In this document: positions 41,775-49,759 of the stretch, in pieces
Position numbering within the stretch: position 1 is the first letter of the stretch
How the letters are laid out: each line of letters starts with the position of its first letter
IMG/VR virus record: IMGVR_UViG_3300011115_000450
Location: 1-57,920 of that record
Strand: one strand, 5' to 3'
Length of the DNA: 57,920 nt
Source: a virus
Taxonomy: Duplodnaviria > Caudoviricetes
Notes under the pieces: model-generated
What the model was told of the DNA's origin: nothing
The model's input: only the letters and a program-made list of their open reading frames with translations
The model's database searches: none
Program-made: the position numbers and the translations under genes

Positions 41775-43227
41775 ATGGGTTCACCACGGGTTTTTGGTAA
41801 TGGACCTGAGTGTCGTTATCTTCTTCAGATATGGTTACTCTAGCATTATCTGCCAAATATCGCAAAGCCTGAGTTGTGGCATCGACGTAATCGTCATGCC
41901 TGATCGACCCTTCCCCCCGAAATGTGCAAAGCTGGTTAATCAACTCGTTTGTCCACGTTGCTGGTTCCCCTGCAATCTTCTTACTTTCTACCACATGGAA
42001 CAATCCTGCGTGGAAAAAGTGCGAAACAGCATGAAGGCGTTGCAGTTTTGAAGCTCTTCCCGGATTGTAAGCGTATGGGAACAATCCTTCTCTGTAAAGC
42101 ATCTGCCGCAAGGAAATGCCGGACCCTTTATCTTCAATGATCATAATATCGGGCTTTTTACCCATAGAAAGAGGCTTGTTGCTGCCAAATTGCGGTTTGA
42201 TTTCAGCCCGGAACTCGTCATCACCCCACCGAACGGTCATTTCTTTCTTGGCTCGTTCAATCAAATCCGGCAAACCAAGGTGATCTTGCCAGCAATCCAG
42301 CAACAAAAAGCCTGTTTCACCGTCATGGTCAAAATATCCTATGACAGCACAGGCCGTCGGATCTGGATCTTTGCTCTTTTTGTCTTGGGTTTTCTCTGTG
42401 TAGGCCGTATCAAAACTAACAACAATGACTTGGAACGGTGGCAAATGGCGGGTTCTTGGCCAGATATTGATCCATTCCCGTTTGATGATGCCGCCTTCTT
42501 CCGCATCCAGCAGTTCACCAAGAAGCTCTTGCCGTCCTATCTTGGTTCCCTTGTATTGCTCCAAGGACTTAAAAAACGATTGCGGGAGATTGGCTTCGTT
42601 GTCGTAAGTTGATCCCCGAATCAACAATGAGTCAGGAAGGGTGACTAATCTTCGCACCAAAGGAACAGGCCGTGGCGTTGTGGTCCAGATAACTTGCGGG
42701 TGATCACCAAGGCGCATACCAAATTGCAGCATGTCCCACACTTCCTGTGGATCTTCCCATGCTGCCAACTCGTCGCACCAAGCCCAGTGATGCTGTGGCC
42801 CACGCAAACGGTCAGGTTCTGATGCGGAAAACGCTTGAATCGTAGACCCGTTGACTAGCGTCAGTTTCAGGTCAGACTTATTAAACGAAAGTAGTAGTTC
42901 CCGTGGCATTGTGTTGAGGATGCCAGCTGGTCCTTCGATGCAAACGGACTGGGCATCATATCTGGTCGGGGCAATGATGGCTCCGTAAGACTCAGGATTG
43001 CTCCATGCTTGCCACCAAGCCCACTCTGCACCCATGCGTGTTTTACCAAAACCGCGCCCTGCCATCACGCCACAGGTTGACCAGTCATGGTTTTCTTCAA
43101 TGATCTGGTTTGGTCTGGCCTGTTGAAACCATTTCAATCGTGCAAGGATAGCAATCCGGCCATGTTCATCAAGGCCGGATACTTCTTTTTGAACAATCTT
43201 AATGGCTTCTTCAGGGTTAAGCTGCAT
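41764..43227 (-). CDS. terL: Terminase large subunit
   Basis: Walker A AGRGFGKT, Walker B WCDE, TTTP, nuclease SFDTA..HDDYVDA. Confidence 0.95.
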   Translation of the reverse strand: MQLNPEEAIKIVQKEVSGLDEHGRIAILARLKWFQQARPNQIIEENHDWSTCGVMAGRGFGKTRMGAEWAWWQAWSNPESYGAIIAPTRYDAQSVCIEGPAGILNTMPRELLLSFNKSDLKLTLVNGSTIQAFSASEPDRLRGPQHHWAWCDELAAWEDPQEVWDMLQFGMRLGDHPQVIWTTTPRPVPLVRRLVTLPDSLLIRGSTYDNEANLPQSFFKSLEQYKGTKIGRQELLGELLDAEEGGIIKREWINIWPRTRHLPPFQVIVVSFDTAYTEKTQDKKSKDPDPTACAVIGYFDHDGETGFLLLDCWQDHLGLPDLIERAKKEMTVRWGDDEFRAEIKPQFGSNKPLSMGKKPDIMIIEDKGSGISLRQMLYREGLFPYAYNPGRASKLQRLHAVSHFFHAGLFHVVESKKIAGEPATWTNELINQLCTFRGEGSIRHDDYVDATTQALRYLADNARVTISEEDNDTQVHYQKPVVNPYAI

Positions 43228-43514
43228 TAGAAAGTAATAGGCTCTTTGGTCACGGTTTTCAATGCCGCCTGACCAAGCGGGGTATCAGCAAGCATACCAA
43301 GCTCTTCCATATACAGGGCAATCATAGCCTGTTCTTCTTTGACTTTTTCCTGATCTTTTTTCCGCAATGCAACAATCTGCTTGATGATCTTGGCATCAAA
43401 GCCACTCAGTTTGGACTCCGTGTAAACGTCTTTGATGTCCTGAGCGACAGAGGCTTTCTCTTCCTCCAGCTTCTCAATACGTTCGACGTAAGACTTTAGT
43501 TGGTCATTTCCCAT
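43227..43514 (-). CDS. gapR: GapR-like nucleoid-associated protein (DUF2312)
   Basis: QLKSYVERIEKLEEEKA....DIKDVY.E.K..GFD.KI.KQIV.LRK. Confidence 0.9.
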   Translation of the reverse strand: MGNDQLKSYVERIEKLEEEKASVAQDIKDVYTESKLSGFDAKIIKQIVALRKKDQEKVKEEQAMIALYMEELGMLADTPLGQAALKTVTKEPITF

Positions 43515-43701
43515 CTTTCTTTTCCTTTTTGATTGGTGCTTTGTAAATACGGGCCACGGTTAAAGCCCGTTGATCATAGAACAGAACCGTTTCCCCCGCT
43601 TTGAATTGCTTGATTATAGGCGTGACTGATGGCGGGATAGCTGCTTCAATCAGCAGATTCTCCCCCGTATCATTGATCAATTCGTAATTGATAGATTGCA
43701 T
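43504..43701 (-). CDS. Hypothetical protein
   Basis: AAGGGGG RBS; overlaps the gapR start. Confidence 0.55.
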   Translation of the reverse strand: MQSINYELINDTGENLLIEAAIPPSVTPIIKQFKAGETVLFYDQRALTVARIYKAPIKKEKKDGK

Positions 43702-44010
43702 GTTACCCCCTTTATCAATGTTACCCCTCACGGCTTGGGTAACGTGTCTGGCATTGCGACTCAGCACGGTCTTTCAACCATGATGACGTATCCAGATCAA
43801 ACGCCGATGTTGGTCGTGATGGACTTATCTGGGATAAGACCCCAACAGAGCGGCAAACTTATTTGTGGGCGGGGTGGCTGACGCTGTTCTGCTTCGCCAC
43901 CCCTACAAAGTTGAAACAGCAAAAAAACTTCTACCCACCAGCCTATAACCCGATTTCTATTCGCCACGGATCAGATCCAGTGGTCGGGGGGAGGCCAATC
44001 CCGTATTTGT

Positions 44011-44038
44011 AATTTAGCACTGCTAAAATTTTTATCAA
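44011..44038 (-). promoter_or_regulatory. Putative promoter of the late operon, overlapped by a palindrome
   Basis: TTGATA-16-(TGC)TAAATT; TTTAGCA-C-TGCTAAA at 44013-44027. Confidence 0.55.
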
Positions 44039-44047
44039 GCACTTTGT

Positions 44048-44075
44048 AAAAAAAAGCCCCACATTTCTGTGAGGC
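44048..44075 (-). terminator. Rho-independent terminator ending the small-gene array
   Basis: GCCTCACA-GAAA-TGTGGGGC-T8. Confidence 0.85.
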
Positions 44076-44131
44076 AAGTCTGGGAGGAAGCTACGCAACA
44101 CGGACAAGGTAGACCAGCAAAGTTGGATGTG

Positions 44132-44299
44132 TCAATCCTCATCTTCATCCACAAAGTCTGTGATCTCCAATGCCTCGTTGATTTGGTTTACCAACGCATT
44201 GCTGGCAGGGATCTCACTGAATGGACGGACAATGGATAGCTGGTGCTTTACACTTGCAAGCGCAAGCCGGGCATGTTCGAGCTTTTCTTTAATGGTCAT
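44132..44299 (-). CDS. Hypothetical protein (55 aa; not in the ORF track)
   Basis: AAGGTGAG RBS; MTIKEKLEHARLAL..DEDED. Confidence 0.6.
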   Translation of the reverse strand: MTIKEKLEHARLALASVKHQLSIVRPFSEIPASNALVNQINEALEITDFVDEDED

Positions 44300-44308
44300 T
44301 GCTCACCT

Positions 44309-44515
44309 TTATATTGTTGCTGTTATCTGCATTTTTTCCAAAACTTCTGGTGTTTGCCCATAGTTTGTGTTCCGCCACTGCACCTCAATGACAACGCTAC
44401 CTTCTGAAATACTTTTTACGGCTACGGTTTCATAGTTTCCGGTAGACTTCAAAGTATCAACAATGTCTGAAATGCGTTCACCGATTGATGGTTCTTTGTC
44501 TATATCTTGCATCAC
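44309..44515 (-). CDS. Hypothetical protein
   Basis: GTGA coupling with RBS. Confidence 0.6.
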   Translation of the reverse strand: MMQDIDKEPSIGERISDIVDTLKSTGNYETVAVKSISEGSVVIEVQWRNTNYGQTPEVLEKMQITATI

Positions 44516-44715
44516 TTCTCTCCTTGTCTTTGGTCCATTGATACATTGGCTTGCAGCTTCACTTTAGGGTTTGGCCATGTCCAACACTCACCCGTTGCAT
44601 CCGTAAAACACACCCACAACAAATGATGTTCTTGGCCGTAGTCGATCATAAAATGCGCCTTGGCTGGGCCTTTGGGCGTGTCCATCGGGATGGTGGGGTC
44701 AAGCTGGATGATCAC
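44512..44715 (-). CDS. Conserved small phage protein
   Basis: QLDPTIP..TPKG..A.F.IDYG.EH.L.WVCF..TGECWTW.N. Confidence 0.7.
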   Translation of the reverse strand: MIIQLDPTIPMDTPKGPAKAHFMIDYGQEHHLLWVCFTDATGECWTWPNPKVKLQANVSMDQRQGEK

Positions 44716-45056
44716 TCATCACCTGTTGCTTTGGCAATGGCGGCTTTTGCTTGTTCTTCTGAGATCATATCCACTTCAAGCAAAACCTTGACCGCTTGAT
44801 GTATGGTATAATCCAAAAATGCTTCTTTGTCGGTTTGATACTGAGCAAGGACATACCTACCCATCGCCTTTACTCCCTCACACACAGAATGACCTGTCGC
44901 GCCCATGTCATCTAGCATTTGGTTCAATGCCTTCAGCAATTTTGCATTTTGCTGGCGCAGACGTTTGATCTCGTCAGCGGCAAGCGCATCAAAGTTGTAT
45001 TGGTTGTTTACATATTGCCGTGATCTTTCCCGCAACCGTTCAACAATGTCCATCAC
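44712..45056 (-). CDS. MMDIVE-array gene 6
   Basis: MMDIVERLR..AADEIKRLRQQNAKLL..AKATGDE. Confidence 0.75.
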   Translation of the reverse strand: MMDIVERLRERSRQYVNNQYNFDALAADEIKRLRQQNAKLLKALNQMLDDMGATGHSVCEGVKAMGRYVLAQYQTDKEAFLDYTIHQAVKVLLEVDMISEEQAKAAIAKATGDE

Positions 45057-45391
45057 TCATCCCCTGTTGCTGTGGGCGGTTTTGGTAGTAGCATCCAATG
45101 AGTCGGCATTAAATCATCTTGGTCGATTGGCATATACAACGGACCAAAGCCAAGGTAATACCTTTTAGGTATTCCAACTAAAAACCACCCAATGTGATGA
45201 ACTGTTCCAGTAGAATGAACCTGTTTCATATCCCCCCATTTACAAATAAAAATTTCACCGTTTAAATGTTTAGATGTTGCCAAAAAATGCGTTCCATCTT
45301 TTGGTGCTGTTTCAATAGTTTGCCAATTTACCGTTTCTTGTCTTGTGTCGTATGAACTGTCCCACAGAACTTTATCAACAATGTCCATCAT
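45053..45391 (-). CDS. MMDIVE-array gene 5, DUF551-like
   Basis: MMDIVDK..WQTIETAPKDGT..PTHWMLLPKPP-TATGDE. Confidence 0.75.
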   Translation of the reverse strand: MMDIVDKVLWDSSYDTRQETVNWQTIETAPKDGTHFLATSKHLNGEIFICKWGDMKQVHSTGTVHHIGWFLVGIPKRYYLGFGPLYMPIDQDDLMPTHWMLLPKPPTATGDE

Positions 45392-45693
45392 TTATCCCCT
45401 AGGGCTTTCAATGCGGTCTTGCGGTGTGATGACAGCAACAGCTGCAATGTAACAACCGCATCTTCGTTTTTTGCAATAACCTTTGATGGCGCAGCAATCT
45501 CTTGCAACGCTTCCCGCAACCGTTCAATGTCGCCATCTAATTTCCGCAGTTCACCAAATGCCGCTTGCAACGATGCGCGTTCAAACTCCACTTGTTCCCG
45601 CAAGCGTTCAATCTCGTCAGCGGCTTTGCCAACCAAGTTTTCAATATATTCGTCAGATTTTAACGACCGCAACCGCTCAACAATGTCCATCAC
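45388..45693 (-). CDS. MMDIVE-array gene 4
   Basis: MMDIVERLR..AADEIERLRE..IERLREAL..ALGDK. Confidence 0.75.
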   Translation of the reverse strand: MMDIVERLRSLKSDEYIENLVGKAADEIERLREQVEFERASLQAAFGELRKLDGDIERLREALQEIAAPSKVIAKNEDAVVTLQLLLSSHRKTALKALGDK

Positions 45694-45926
45694 TCACCTC
45701 CTGTTGCTTTGGCGATGGTTTGCTTAACAATGCTTTGAACAAACGACGATGCCATGCCACCATATGCAGGGCTACCGTAACTGTCCTGCGCCACACGGTC
45801 TAACCGTTTCAATCCTTCCAACAACTCTGCATTTTGCTGGCGCAACCGTTCAATTTCGTCAGCGGCTTCATGGGATTCCCTTGTTGCCAAATGCGGTGCG
45901 CGTAACCATTCAACGATGTCCATCAT
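45690..45926 (-). CDS. MMDIVE-array gene 3
   Basis: MMDIVEWLR..AADEIERLRQQNAELL..AKATGGE; start at the ATGA overlap. Confidence 0.75.
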   Translation of the reverse strand: MMDIVEWLRAPHLATRESHEAADEIERLRQQNAELLEGLKRLDRVAQDSYGSPAYGGMASSFVQSIVKQTIAKATGGE

Positions 45927-46123
45927 TTGCTTCCTGTTGCTTTGGCATGAAGCGCAGGAACACGGAGCCATGCCCATGCGCTGGTCGCCATCCACACCCT
46001 GCCAAACTTGTCTTGATAATAATAAACTGGGCCGCCCCACGGGTCTGTAAACCTATACTCGCCCCGAACCATAGGTCTGCCTCCTGTTATGTGGGCAAGC
46101 AACCGTTCAACAATGTCCATCAC
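45923..46123 (-). CDS. MMDIVE-array gene 2
   Basis: MMDIVERLL..AKATGSK. Confidence 0.75.
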   Translation of the reverse strand: MMDIVERLLAHITGGRPMVRGEYRFTDPWGGPVYYYQDKFGRVWMATSAWAWLRVPALHAKATGSK

Positions 46124-46434
46124 TCACCTCCTGTTGTTTTACCAATGGTAATTTCTTGAATTGCCCCATTTGTTACCAAATGCCATTTAGGAGACGGATA
46201 AAAACTAATGTTGGGTGAACTTGCAACCGCACCAGTATAATCCACCGTTGCCTGTAAAAGTTCTTTTAACTCTGCATTTTGCTGGCGCAGCAGTTCAATC
46301 TCGTCAGCGGCTGGTGTCATAGCTTTGCGCCATGCCTGACGTTGGCCCTCTGTATACCATTTGCCGTCATTAAACTCACCGCCGTTAATGGTTTCAGCGG
46401 CCTGTTGTGCTAATTGCTCAACAATGTCCATCAC
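46120..46434 (-). CDS. MMDIVE-array gene 1
   Basis: MMDIVEQL..AADEIELLRQQNAELK..KTTGGE. Confidence 0.75.
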   Translation of the reverse strand: MMDIVEQLAQQAAETINGGEFNDGKWYTEGQRQAWRKAMTPAADEIELLRQQNAELKELLQATVDYTGAVASSPNISFYPSPKWHLVTNGAIQEITIGKTTGGE

Positions 46435-46515
46435 TCACCTCCCCACTCCCACAATTAACCAAATCACCCCAAGCCAAAAAACAAAAAGTATGTAATCAAC
46501 CATCCCCTCCATCAC
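46435..46515 (-). CDS. 26-aa transmembrane peptide
   Basis: GGAGG RBS; MMEGMVDYILFVFWLGVIWLIVGVGR fills the gap exactly. Confidence 0.5.
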   Translation of the reverse strand: MMEGMVDYILFVFWLGVIWLIVGVGR

Positions 46516-46763
46516 TACCTCCATGTCCCATTGAAGTTCGGGGTTTTGTAAATCACAGACCGAGATCTCCCTTTCGTATAACGCACATGGCACACAGAGT
46601 TGCTCGACAACTCCTTCCCAAAAGCAAACCCAATCGCCTCTGCCTTCAAACTCAGCCAGTCCTTCAAATCCCCCTTAAACACAGTTGCCGCACCATCCCC
46701 ATACAGCACACCACTCTCATCCCGCTGATACACCGTAACCGTAAAGGAAATCTTTTTTGTCAT
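46515..46763 (-). CDS. Hypothetical protein
   Basis: GAGGG RBS before MTKKISF. Confidence 0.55.
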   Translation of the reverse strand: MTKKISFTVTVYQRDESGVLYGDGAATVFKGDLKDWLSLKAEAIGFAFGKELSSNSVCHVRYTKGRSRSVIYKTPNFNGTWR

Positions 46764-47015
46764 ATCACCCTCAATCTTGGATATTAGCCGCACTTGTTGG
46801 ATTATGCACAGGTTTGGGGGGATGTAAATCAAAAGTTTGAAAAAATTTGGGGGGGGTCTGTATGTTGTGGGGTCAATCTCCGATTGGGGGTGACGGCTTC
46901 GGCAGAGCCGACGGCTGGCGACGGCGAAGCCGAAAGAGAGACGGAACGGGAAGGGAGAGAATGAAATAGGCTGTAAATGTCCTATTTCAGCCTCATTTTA
47001 GGACACAGAGGCCGC

Positions 47016-47378
47016 TTATGCCTCCGACATCTCACTCGCCAGCAGCGTGATGGTGGGCTTTTCCCGCTGTCTAGCGAGATCAGCCAGCACTTGGAGAGCC
47101 TTTCCTAGCTCACTCTCGACCCGCAAGGGCTGCACTGCATCCCCTTTAACCTCAACGCTGGCTAGCCTCGCATGAACGTAGGGAGCGGCAGCAATGGCGC
47201 ACTGGACCCGATCCCTGTGATCCTGCTTTTCGTCCTGCATCACAGCCAGCAGGAAGGCCAACGGACTGGTCTCTGGCGATAAGCTACTGATCTTGTTGAT
47301 CTTATCCAGCGAGATCGTCGGTCTGTTCTTCGATCCTGCCTTGCGTCCCGCGCCGACTCTCGCGCCTCCCTTACCCAT
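47016..47378 (-). CDS. Putative terminase small subunit
   Basis: GGARVGAGRKAGSKN..PLAFLLAVM.D..R..CA.AAAPYVHARL. Confidence 0.65.
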   Translation of the reverse strand: MGKGGARVGAGRKAGSKNRPTISLDKINKISSLSPETSPLAFLLAVMQDEKQDHRDRVQCAIAAAPYVHARLASVEVKGDAVQPLRVESELGKALQVLADLARQREKPTITLLASEMSEA

Positions 47379-47695
47379 TTCGTGTCCTTTCGCTGATTGT
47401 TTCCGTCTAACAGGCTGGAAACATTAGAGCAGGATCGTCTGAAATTCAATGATTTCTCCCCTGCTGGTTGAATGATCTGGCTTTGCTGGTTGATTGTTTC
47501 CCCTGTCCCTTTGATATGCCTGTCCCCTTGTTAGTCTCTCCCCTAGGTGAGGCTGTGATCGGCATCAGCAACAGGCTGTTGGCGAATTTTCCGAAACTGC
47601 CCGATCCTGCGCGAGATTCGCCTCCGCAGCCGTCGATCAGGCTAGGCAGATACCCGACGAGCGACACTCTGCTCGATCACAGGGTTCGAGACGAT

Positions 47696-47724
47696 TTGAC
47701 AAAATGTCCGAATCAGGGCATTGT
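47696..47724 (+). promoter_or_regulatory. Putative sigma70 promoter of the early operon
   Basis: TTGACA-17-CATTGT; a second TTGACA at 47743. Confidence 0.45.
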
Positions 47725-47770
47725 GTCCTGACTAACCGCTCATTGACATCGTGAAACCCAGAAACAACCT

Positions 47771-47830
47771 AGCCGAAACGGGAGGCCTCGCGCCTTCCGT
47801 CGCAGGGATAGAGACCTGCTCGACAAGGCT
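47771..47830 (+). ncRNA. Type II hammerhead ribozyme, variant core (U3-A8, C4)
   Basis: AGCC-GAAA-CGGGAGGC/GCCTTCCG-TC^-GCAGG/CCTGC-TCGACAA-GGCT; predicted cleavage after C47801. Confidence 0.75.
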
Positions 47831-47846
47831 CATAGGAGAAACCACA

Positions 47847-48161
47847 ATGGACATTGAGAAAGAAATTGCCACCAAGATCGTCCGCTCGGCACTGGCCAAA
47901 CGCTGGTCTGTCTCGGTTCACGATGACATCACCAACGAGGGCGAATGGACGGTTAGAAAATCGCGCCATATGCCTCAAATCATGGAAGCACTGGCCACGA
48001 CCGAAGGCGACATCCTGCTGCTGCACGATGACGAAGGCAAACAGGTCGGGATGATCGTCCTGATCTGGGGAAATGGCGAGGATTTGATACACGACCATTC
48101 AGCCAAACTTCAGATCCGCGAGGATGGCTGGATTTACGGGATCGAAGGCAAGGATCACTAA
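47847..48161 (+). CDS. Early-region hypothetical protein
   Basis: GGAGAAACCACAATG RBS. Confidence 0.75.
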   Translation: MDIEKEIATKIVRSALAKRWSVSVHDDITNEGEWTVRKSRHMPQIMEALATTEGDILLLHDDEGKQVGMIVLIWGNGEDLIHDHSAKLQIREDGWIYGIEGKDH

Positions 48162-48216
48162 GGCATTGCAATCCGAGAGGCAGGACATCCCTGCCTCTCC
48201 CGTGGCAATGTCGCCA
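48162..48216 (+). ncRNA. Unrecognised structured intergenic motif, copy 1
   Basis: GGCATTGC-AATCC-GAGAGGCAGG..CCTGCCTCTC-CCGTG-GCAATGTC-GCCA. Confidence 0.7.
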
Positions 48217-48232
48217 GCTAGGAGAAACCACA

Positions 48233-48439
48233 ATGTTTCGTATCACATATTTCGGCGCCTACTCGGTCAACCAGCTAGCCCGAGTGTTCGACGATTATCA
48301 CGACGCGATCGAATATCTCGACAAGCAATACAAAGTCATCCACTGGGAAGAGGATGAGGATCATCCTTGGCACTTCGACGTTGCAGTCGCCAAAGGACCG
48401 ACCGGAACCTACGCAGTCGAGCCGATCATCAGCGAATAA
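48233..48439 (+). CDS. Early-region hypothetical protein
   Basis: GGAGAAACCACAATG RBS. Confidence 0.7.
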   Translation: MFRITYFGAYSVNQLARVFDDYHDAIEYLDKQYKVIHWEEDEDHPWHFDVAVAKGPTGTYAVEPIISE

Positions 48440-48451
48440 GGAGATAACACC

Positions 48452-48637
48452 ATGACGCCACGCTTTTCAGGACTGCCGAAGTTCAGCGACGATCCCGTCC
48501 AGAACGCAGAGATGACCGCCGAGTATTTATGGGACTGCCGCATTGCAGGGGAAGACCCGTATGGCGGCGGTTCGTATGACGATGACCCAGACGAATACGA
48601 CGAATACGACGAATACGAGGACGAAGAAGAGGACTAA
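48452..48637 (+). CDS. Small acidic protein
   Basis: AAGGAG RBS; C-terminal DDDPDEYDEYDEYEDEEED. Confidence 0.7.
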   Translation: MTPRFSGLPKFSDDPVQNAEMTAEYLWDCRIAGEDPYGGGSYDDDPDEYDEYDEYEDEEED

Positions 48638-48639
48638 GC

Positions 48640-48693
48640 TAGTGCAATCCGAAGGCAGGGCCGATCCCCTGCCTTCCCGTGGCACTACCGCCA
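48640..48693 (+). ncRNA. Unrecognised structured intergenic motif, copy 2
   Basis: TAGTGC-AATCC-GAAGGCAGGG..CCCTGCCTTC-CCGTG-GCACTA-CCGCCA (compensatory outer stem). Confidence 0.7.
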
Positions 48694-48714
48694 ACAACGA
48701 GAGGAGAAAACACC

Positions 48715-48972
48715 ATGATCTATGTAAACATGACCGACAAGGCAATGAGCGGCTGGGGAGAGGCGCGAGGCGGTTTAAGTTATTACTGCGTCGCCTGTGA
48801 CACTTGGGATCAGGCCGCAGCTATCGAAAAGGCAGCGCGAGATCGCAAAGAGATGATCAGGATCGCAAAATCCGACAAGCCTCGTTACGGGCATGGCCAC
48901 ACAAGGATCAAGCACTTCGATGAATTGGGCGACGTATGGAAAGGCTACTACAAGCCGAGCGTCGCGGCCTAA
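48715..48972 (+). CDS. Early-region hypothetical protein
   Basis: GAGGAG RBS; YVNMTDKAMSGWGEA. Confidence 0.75.
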   Translation: MIYVNMTDKAMSGWGEARGGLSYYCVACDTWDQAAAIEKAARDRKEMIRIAKSDKPRYGHGHTRIKHFDELGDVWKGYYKPSVAA

Positions 48973-49024
48973 CATTGCAATCAGGGGACAGGTTCGCGCC
49001 TGTCCTCGCGTGGCAATGTTGCCA
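48971..49024 (+). ncRNA. Unrecognised structured intergenic motif, copy 3
   Basis: AACATTGC-AATCA-GGGGACAGG..CCTGTCCTC-GCGTG-GCAATGTT-GCCA (compensatory inner stem). Confidence 0.7.
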
Positions 49025-49041
49025 GAACGGAGAAAACCACA

Positions 49042-49386
49042 ATGCAAAAACCATACAATGCGATCCCAAAGCCCACTTGGTCCCCTTGGGGACAGCCCGA
49101 CCATGCAGAGCAGCCAATGGCTGGAATCTGGTCGATTTATACACCAAGCCACGGCGGCTTCTATGTTTCCGCCGAACGGCGCAAGGACATGCCAGCAGAA
49201 TGGCTCGCCATGTCATTCGTCGGCAAAGGCAAGGACGGCTGGTTCGAAGAAGATGTTGATTGGTGCATGGTTGCCCTAGCCTTTCCCGACGAATGGAAAG
49301 CATGGCGCGGATCAGCAGGGGAGACCGATCTCGAAGCCGCGCAGCGGACCATGACCGAATGGGTTCTGAAACGGAGAGCATCATGA
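49042..49386 (+). CDS. DUF7007-like protein
   Basis: SPWG..GIW...TPSHGGF.VS.ER..WFEEDVDW. Confidence 0.7.
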   Translation: MQKPYNAIPKPTWSPWGQPDHAEQPMAGIWSIYTPSHGGFYVSAERRKDMPAEWLAMSFVGKGKDGWFEEDVDWCMVALAFPDEWKAWRGSAGETDLEAAQRTMTEWVLKRRAS

Positions 49387-49583
49387 CCAATGCAGAAATA
49401 GCCCACTATCTTCGCTGCAATCTGTTTGCGGAGCGCGAGACGGTCCCCGACGCTATAGATTACGCTTTCGACGTTCTTCGCCGTCTCGAACCAGATGATC
49501 GCCTAATGGCCTACACGGCGATGATGGTCTTAAATAACACCATCGCTAAACAGATCGAGCGGAATGAGGGGAGGCCGCAATGA
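49383..49583 (+). CDS. Hypothetical protein
   Basis: ATGA coupling, GGAG RBS. Confidence 0.65.
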   Translation: MTNAEIAHYLRCNLFAERETVPDAIDYAFDVLRRLEPDDRLMAYTAMMVLNNTIAKQIERNEGRPQ

Positions 49584-49759
49584 AAATCAAAACGTTCAAG
49601 AACGGTGCTTACGCTACATTCGAAAAAACCATACACGGCTATTATCTTGTGACATGTCGCGGACCCAATGGTGCGCTAATCGACAAAGTAATGTGCGACG
49701 ATTATGCCAACGCTCGCGCCTATTACAAATCTTTCGCGGCTATTGCGCGGCAGTCTTGA
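49580..49759 (+). CDS. Hypothetical protein (59 aa; not in the ORF track)
   Basis: GGAGG RBS, ATGA coupling; MKIKTFKNGAYATFEK.. Confidence 0.65.
   Translation: MKIKTFKNGAYATFEKTIHGYYLVTCRGPNGALIDKVMCDDYANARAYYKSFAAIARQS

Noticed and set aside
43860-44005. Possible tRNA or tmRNA
   Set aside because: No cloverleaf, T-loop GTTCRA or tag reading frame found; kept only as a structured leader
45927-46040. Extended N-terminus of ORF 45690-46040 in the track
   Set aside because: Overlaps array gene 2; the real start is the ATGATG at 45926, matching the other array genes
44712-46434. Array as a diversity-generating retroelement or an invertase shufflon
   Set aside because: No reverse transcriptase or site-specific recombinase recognised, no adenine-specific TR/VR pair, and all repeats are in direct orientation
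47729-47768. Possible third hammerhead (CTGACTAA..GAAAC)
   Set aside because: Core does not fit CUGANGA or a compensated variant, and flanking stems are missing
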